A DNA stretch of 64,000 bases from Acetobacteraceae bacterium (GTDB lineage: Bacteria > Pseudomonadota > Alphaproteobacteria > Acetobacterales > Acetobacteraceae): the NCBI GenBank assembly GCA_965231175.1, contig CBDDMJ010000009.1, positions 60,496 to 124,495 on the forward strand, in the 5' to 3' direction. Both the position numbers and the translations under genes were made by a program. Position 1 is the stretch's first letter; each line of letters opens with the position of its first letter. Below the pieces are notes generated by a model. The model worked only from the letters and a program-made list of their open reading frames with translations. It had not been told where the DNA came from and searched no databases. This document shows positions 59,195-64,000 of the stretch, piece by piece.

Positions 59195-59530
59195 CCGCAT
59201 CGATCTCGGCAATGTTGTTCTTGAGCAGGTAGCCGCAAAACCAACGCATGCCCTCGGTCACGGCGTCGTCATCGGCGACGCCCGCGCAAGCGGCGACGGC
59301 GCTGCGGATGGCCGCCTTCGCCTGCTCGCGGCCGAGATCGCGCGTCCGTTCGTAGAGCGCCAGGTTGTCGACGAAACGCTCCACCGCGATCGTGCCGTTC
59401 GCGTCCGGGACGTGAACGCGAATCGCATCCGTGTCCGTATCGACGCCGATCAGCAGCGTCGCGATTTTAGCGCCGCAGCAGTGGCTGCGTTCGACGGCCT
59501 GCGAGAGTTGTTGCAAGCGCTCGAGCAGGG
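59195..59530 (-). pseudogene. start-less internal fragment of an unidentified gene
   Basis: The minus frame reads ..AVERSHCCGAKIATLLIGVDTDTDAIRVHVPDANGTIAVERFVDNLALYERTRDLGREQAKAAIRSAVAACAGVADDDAVTEGMRWFCGYLLKNNIAEIDAVRS.. There is no ATG in the stretch. It uses G/C-ending codons like the downstream segment. Confidence 0.35.
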
Positions 59531-59544
59531 CCCCGGCGGCCCGC

Positions 59545-60155
59545 GCAGCGACAGCTCGATCACGCTCGGCATGTCCTACGACACCCGCGACAGCGTGCTG
59601 CTGACCCGCAAGGGCGAGCACGTCGACTTCTCCGCGGAGTTCGCGGGTGGCCCGCTGCTCGGCCAGACGAACATCTACAAGTTCCAGGCCGATGCGCAGC
59701 ACTACACCCTGCTGCCCTACGACATGATCCTGACCCTCGCGGGCGCCACCGGCGTGGTCGACTACTACGACAGCAGCACGGAAGTGCCGCTCTTCGACCG
59801 CTTCTTCATCGGCGGCTCGCGCTCGGTCCGCGGGTTCAGCAACCGCAACATCGGCCCGATCGACAACAACGGCGTGCCTCTCGGCGGCGACACCATGGCC
59901 TACGCCAATGTCGAGGTCACCTTCCCGATCATGGACCGTGTGCGCGGCGCCATCTTCACGGATGCCGGCTTCCTCGACGCCCGCCCGTTCCATTACCAGG
60001 ACGCGTACAACGAACTCGATGCCGCTGCGGGCGTGGGCCTGCGCCTGAACCTGCCGATCGGCCCGCTCCGGCTCGACTACGGCATCCCGTACAAGGACCA
60101 GGGCTACAACCACAGCACGGGCAAGTTTAGCTTTGACGTCGGATACCAATTTTGA
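59545..60155 (+). pseudogene. bamA: BamA (Omp85) C-terminal beta-barrel fragment; POTRA domains and most of the barrel missing
   Basis: ITLGMSYDTRDSVLLTRKGEH...FFIGGSRSVRGF...GGDTMAYANVEVTFPI...AGVGLRLNLPIGPLRLDYGIPY...GKFSFDVGYQF*. Only the last ~200 aa are present, with no in-frame plausible start. Confidence 0.75.
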
Positions 60156-60171
60156 GAGGGTGGCCGACTCC

Positions 60172-60792
60172 ATGAAAAAGCTTCTGTTTTGTGCTCTGCT
60201 GGTTTTTCTGCCGGTTTCGCTGGCCTCCGCTGACCTGAAGATCGCGACGATCGATCTGGGCAAGGCCTTCGATCAGTACTACAAGACGAAGGAGGCGGCC
60301 GCCCACCTCAAGCAGAAGCAGGAGGAGGCGCAGAAGGAAATTCAGGACAAGGTCGCCGACTACCAGCGCATCAGCGACGAGGTGAACACCCTCGACAAGG
60401 AGTCCCACGATCCGACCCTCGCCCCTGAGGCGCAGAAGGACAAGGCCAAGGCGCGCGACCAGCGCGGCGCCGACCTGCAGGCCGCCGGCCGCCAGATCGA
60501 GGAATTCCGGACCGAGCGCGGCAACGAGCTCAAGGACGAGTACGTCCGCCGCCGGAAGGAAATCGTCGACGAAATCACCAAGATCATCGTCGATTACTCG
60601 GGCCCGCAGGGCTTTGACCTCGTGCTCGACAAGTCGTCGGCCTCGGCCACCAGCGGCGTGCCGTTCGTGCTCTACAATTCGAACAAGCTGGTCGACATCA
60701 CGCCGGACGTCATCACCCGCCTCAACGCCGGTGCTCCGACGGGCGCCAATGCTGGCGCGGTTCCCGCCCCGGCCCCGGCCGCCACGCACTAA
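60172..60792 (+). CDS. skp: OmpH/Skp periplasmic chaperone
   Basis: MKKLLFCALLVFLPVSLASADLKIATIDLGKAF.., a Lys/Glu/Gln-rich coiled coil. It lies between bamA and lpxD, as is classical. Confidence 0.8.
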   Translation: MKKLLFCALLVFLPVSLASADLKIATIDLGKAFDQYYKTKEAAAHLKQKQEEAQKEIQDKVADYQRISDEVNTLDKESHDPTLAPEAQKDKAKARDQRGADLQAAGRQIEEFRTERGNELKDEYVRRRKEIVDEITKIIVDYSGPQGFDLVLDKSSASATSGVPFVLYNSNKLVDITPDVITRLNAGAPTGANAGAVPAPAPAATH

Positions 60793-60799
60793 CCCCAGC

Positions 60800-61837
60800 G
60801 TGGCGACGGTGCACACGGTCCGCTCCCTGGCCGAGCTGGTGGGCGGCGTCGTGGCGGGAGAGGGTGCCGACAAGGCCATCACCGGCCTGAACGATCTCAA
60901 GAACGCGGACCCGTCCGAGGTCTCCTTTCTCGGCAACGCGAAGTACGAGGGCATGGCGCGCGAAAGCCGCGCCGGCGCCATCCTCGTCACCCCGGCCGAC
61001 TCGTCCCGGCTGACCGGAACCCGCATCGAGGTCGCTTCGCCCAGTGCGGCTTTTTCGCAGGTCGCCGCCCTTTTTGCTTCCCCGCCCCTCCGCTACGAGC
61101 CCGGCGTGCATCCGACCGCCGTGGTTGCGCCCGACGTGGAACTGGGCGCCGGCGTCAGCGTGCAGCCCCATGTGGTGATCAACGCGGGCGTGAAGATCCG
61201 CGCAGGCACCGTCATCGGCGCCGGATGTTTCATCGGCGAGGGAACAGTCATCGGCGAGAACTGCCTGATTTATCCGCGGGTGACCGTGCGGGAGCGTTGT
61301 GTCATCGGCGCGCGCGTTATCCTGCAGAGCGGCGCGGTCATCGGCGGCGACGGTTTCGGCTACGATTTCAAGGACGGACGTTTTGTGAAGATCGACCACA
61401 CCGGCATCGTCCAGATCGACGACGATGTCGAGGTCGGCGCGAATGCCACCATCGATCGCGCTCGTTTCGGCCGCACGCACATTGGCGAGGGCGTGAAGAT
61501 CGACAACCTGGTCATGATCGCCCACAACGTCACCATCGGCGCCCACTCGGTCATCGTTGCGCAGGCCGGCATCGCGGGCAGCACCACGCTGGGACGCTAC
61601 GTTACCGTCGCGGCGCAGGCGGGCCTCGTCGGCCACATCACGATCGGTGACAAGGCCATTCTCACGGCGCAGTCGGGCGTGACGAAGGACATCGCCTCCG
61701 GCGCACAGATGACCGGCAGCCACGCCCGCCCGACGCGCGAGTACATCAAGCTTGAGGCGCTCACCACGCGCCTGCCCGACGTCTTCGCCCGCCTCAAGGC
61801 GCTGGAAGAAAAGGTCAAGACTCTCGGCGGCGAGTAG
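60800..61837 (+). CDS. lpxD: UDP-3-O-acylglucosamine N-acyltransferase
   Basis: GTG start, VATVHTVRSLAELVGG... Left-handed beta-helix hexapeptide repeats (IGA.V.I..GA.IG..) and a C-terminal helix are present. Confidence 0.85.
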   Translation: MATVHTVRSLAELVGGVVAGEGADKAITGLNDLKNADPSEVSFLGNAKYEGMARESRAGAILVTPADSSRLTGTRIEVASPSAAFSQVAALFASPPLRYEPGVHPTAVVAPDVELGAGVSVQPHVVINAGVKIRAGTVIGAGCFIGEGTVIGENCLIYPRVTVRERCVIGARVILQSGAVIGGDGFGYDFKDGRFVKIDHTGIVQIDDDVEVGANATIDRARFGRTHIGEGVKIDNLVMIAHNVTIGAHSVIVAQAGIAGSTTLGRYVTVAAQAGLVGHITIGDKAILTAQSGVTKDIASGAQMTGSHARPTREYIKLEALTTRLPDVFARLKALEEKVKTLGGE

Positions 61838-61939
61838 GCTGTGCGCGCCTCGAGCCGCTGACACGCGACCGTAACGGCGTCTGAAAAATTCCTGTCCACA
61901 CTCTCGCATCTTCCTGCATTCGCCATTAGATTTCGCGCC

Positions 61940-62830
61940 ATGGCATCCGCGCAGAAAGTGAAGATCGGCCTGCTTCAGACCTGGGCCGACGCGAATCCCG
62001 AGTCCAACCTCGAACGGACGCGCACGCTCGTGCATCAGGCGGCCGACCAGGGCGCGCAGATCATTTGCACGCAGGAGCTCTTCCGCTCCCCCTACTTCTG
62101 CCAGAGCGAGGACCACGCGAACTTTGCCCTGGCCGAGCCGATTCCGGAGGGCCCAAGCACGCGCGCCTTCCAGGAACTCGCGCGTGAGCGCGGCGTGGTC
62201 ATCGTCGCCTCGCTTTTCGAGCGGCGCGCGGCCGGGATCTATCACAACACCGCAGTCATTATCGACGCGGACGGCGCCTACCTCGGCATGTACCGGAAGA
62301 TGCACATCCCGGACGATCCGCTCTTCTACGAGAAATTCTACTTCACGCCGGGCGACCTCGGCTTTCGCGCCTGGGACACAAAGTTCGGACGCATCGGCGT
62401 GCTGATCTGCTGGGACCAGTGGTTCCCCGAGGCGGCGCGGCTCACCGCCATGCAGGGCGCGCAGATTCTTTTCTATCCGACGGCCATCGGCTGGCACCCG
62501 GGGGAGAAGGACCAGTACGGGCACGCGCACCATTCCTCATGGGAAACGATCCAGCGCGCGCACGCCGTGGCCAACGGCTGCTATGTCGCCGTGACCAATC
62601 GCGTCGGCCACGAGACGCCCATCGGCGGCGACGGCATCGAGTTTTGGGGCCAGAGCTTCATCGCCAACACCTCGGGCGAGATCGTGGCCAAGGCCGGCCC
62701 GCACAAGGAGCAGGTCATGGTGCATGAGATCGATCTTGGCACTGTCGACGTCACGCGCACCCACTGGCCATTCCTGCGCGACCGCCGCATCGACGCCTAC
62801 GGCGATCTCACGCGCCGGCTGATTGACTAA
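61940..62830 (+). CDS. aguB: N-carbamoylputrescine amidase (carbon-nitrogen hydrolase)
   Basis: 296 aa with the ICTQELF, YRKMHIPD and VLICWDQWFPE (catalytic Cys) blocks. Confidence 0.85.
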   Translation: MASAQKVKIGLLQTWADANPESNLERTRTLVHQAADQGAQIICTQELFRSPYFCQSEDHANFALAEPIPEGPSTRAFQELARERGVVIVASLFERRAAGIYHNTAVIIDADGAYLGMYRKMHIPDDPLFYEKFYFTPGDLGFRAWDTKFGRIGVLICWDQWFPEAARLTAMQGAQILFYPTAIGWHPGEKDQYGHAHHSSWETIQRAHAVANGCYVAVTNRVGHETPIGGDGIEFWGQSFIANTSGEIVAKAGPHKEQVMVHEIDLGTVDVTRTHWPFLRDRRIDAYGDLTRRLID

Positions 62831-62848
62831 CCGGTCCGATCGCAACGC

Positions 62849-63892
62849 ATGAACGCGACGCCGCGCGCCCTGGGCTACCACATGCCCGCGGAGTGGGAAC
62901 GCCACGACGCCACCTGGCTGACCTGGCCGCGCCGGGACGGCATCAGCTTCCCCGACGCTTTCGAGCAGATCCCCGCGCTCTGGGCCGGGCTGGCGAAGCT
63001 GCTGGCGGAAAACGAACTGGTCCACATCAACGTTTTCGACGAGGCGCACGAGGTTGAGATCCGCGAGGCACTCCAGCAGGCCGACGCGCCGCTCGGCACG
63101 CGCATTTACCTTCATCCCTTTCCCGCCTACGAGCCCTGGTGCCGCGACCACGGCCCGATCTTTGTCCGTCGTGCGCAGGAGCTCGCCGTGGTCGACTGGC
63201 GCTACAACGCCTGGGGCGGCAAATATCCGCCGTGCGACCTGGACGATGCCGTGCCGCAGCACGTGGCGAAGCTGCTCGATCTGCCCCTCTTCTCGCCGGA
63301 CATGATTTTGGAAGGCGGCTCCATTGAGGTGAACGGGCAGGGCACTCTGCTCACGACTGAGGCCTGTCTGCTCAACCCCAATCGTAATCCCGGACTGGGT
63401 CGCGCCGAGATCGAGCAAAACCTGCGCGACTACCTCGGCGTCGAGCAGATCCTCTGGCTGGGCGAGGGGATTGTCGGCGACGACACCGACGGCCATATCG
63501 ACGACCTCACCCGCTTCACCGACGAGACGACGCTGGTCACGATCATGGAGGACGACCCTGCAGATGAGAATTACGCGCTGCTGGTCGAGAACCGGAAGCG
63601 ACTCGAGGCCATGCGCACGCCGGGCGGCCAGCCGTGGCGCATCGTCGATCTGCCGACGCCCGGCCGCATCGAGCGCGAGGGCCAGCGGCTGCCCGCCAGC
63701 TACGCGAATTTCTACATCGCCAACGGCATCGTCATCATGCCCGGTTTCGATCACCCGAACGACGCGCGTGCCGCGGCGATTTTGCATGAGCTGTTCCCGA
63801 CCCGCCGCGTGATGGTTTGGCCGTCGCTGGACCTGATCTGGGGCCTCGGCGCGCTGCATTGCATCACCCAGCAGCAACCGGCGGCACGGTGA
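62849..63892 (+). CDS. aguA: agmatine deiminase
   Basis: 347 aa with MPAEWERHDATWL.WP, GGSIEVNGQGTLLTTE, DGHIDD and GALHCITQQQP (catalytic Cys). Confidence 0.9.
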   Translation: MNATPRALGYHMPAEWERHDATWLTWPRRDGISFPDAFEQIPALWAGLAKLLAENELVHINVFDEAHEVEIREALQQADAPLGTRIYLHPFPAYEPWCRDHGPIFVRRAQELAVVDWRYNAWGGKYPPCDLDDAVPQHVAKLLDLPLFSPDMILEGGSIEVNGQGTLLTTEACLLNPNRNPGLGRAEIEQNLRDYLGVEQILWLGEGIVGDDTDGHIDDLTRFTDETTLVTIMEDDPADENYALLVENRKRLEAMRTPGGQPWRIVDLPTPGRIEREGQRLPASYANFYIANGIVIMPGFDHPNDARAAAILHELFPTRRVMVWPSLDLIWGLGALHCITQQQPAAR

Positions 63893-63903
63893 CGACCGGC
63901 CCT

Positions 63904-64000
63904 ATGCGCTGGTTGCTGGCCTCCTGGGGGTCGCGTGGAGATCTGCATCCGTTCCTGGCGGTGGGCCGCGGTCTGCTCGCCCTTGGCGACGAGGTGACGC
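63904..64000 (+). CDS. 5' end of a GT1-family (MGT/UDP-glycosyltransferase-like) gene, truncated by the window
   Basis: MRWLLASWGSRGDLHPFLAVGRGLLALGDEVT resembles the N-terminal GT1 G-loop (GS.GD..P). Only 32 codons are visible. Confidence 0.45.
   Translation, partial: MRWLLASWGSRGDLHPFLAVGRGLLALGDEVT

Noticed and set aside
59195-59530. Attempt to assign the antisense fragment (..RSHCCGAKIATLLIGVDTDTDAIRVHV..) to beta-carbonic anhydrase because of the H-x-x-C-G-like string
   Set aside because: The surrounding sequence does not match the beta-carbonic anhydrase blocks I know. I cannot support any family call without a database search.
58971-60155. A 394-aa ORF suggesting a complete gene that ends in the BamA barrel
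   Set aside because: Only the last ~200 aa are BamA-like. The first ~190 aa are the antisense translation of another gene fragment and of the ABC ATPase 3' region. It is therefore an artefactual fusion across the junction.

Overview
The window looks like a composite of two segments.

(1) Positions 1 to ~59.19 kb read as a high-GC alphaproteobacterial chromosome segment. Assigning it to Acetobacteraceae/Rhodospirillales is inference from gene content only. The genes present include:
- purN-purM, gloB and hisZ-purA;
- scoAB with a thiolase, a PhaC-like protein and phaR;
- tspO and an orphan EF-G paralogue;
- DUF1800/DUF1501;
- a two-component system with a CzcCBA-like RND pump;
- wzm/wzt, an ATM1-type ABC exporter and rpmB.

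Three things stand out in this part:
- (a) A visibly lower-GC island of about 8.4 kb (5.0-13.4 kb). Its minus-strand operon is led by a eukaryote/fungal-type chitin synthase homologue with the EDR, QRRRW and SWGTK motifs. It is translationally coupled to an ABC exporter. A PhyH-like dioxygenase and a two-subunit periplasmic GMC flavo-dehydrogenase follow, and a divergent acyltransferase-3 gene faces the operon. This is my best candidate for an undescribed system.
- (b) Fourteen copies, about 2.3 kb in total, of a modular nested-palindromic MITE/REP-like intergenic element. Its terminal hairpins show compensatory stem changes, and copies usually lie within a few nt of stop codons.
- (c) A gene-decay zone at 26.7-28.6 kb with a frameshifted CX5R phosphatase-like gene and Hint-domain protein remnants.

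(2) At ~59.19-59.54 kb there is an abrupt discontinuity:
- an ABC ATPase probably loses its C-terminal domain;
- a ~340-bp start-less antisense gene fragment follows;
- a bamA remnant lacking all POTRA domains comes next, then skp-lpxD, aguB-aguA and a GT1 start;
- this last segment has a different codon style (AAG/GAG/C-ending codons) and no repeat copies;
- a chimeric assembly or a foreign insertion must be ruled out.

I recognised no tRNA, rRNA or CRISPR. All coordinates for repeats and junctions are by-eye estimates (+/- 5-15 nt). No GC values or database searches were computed.
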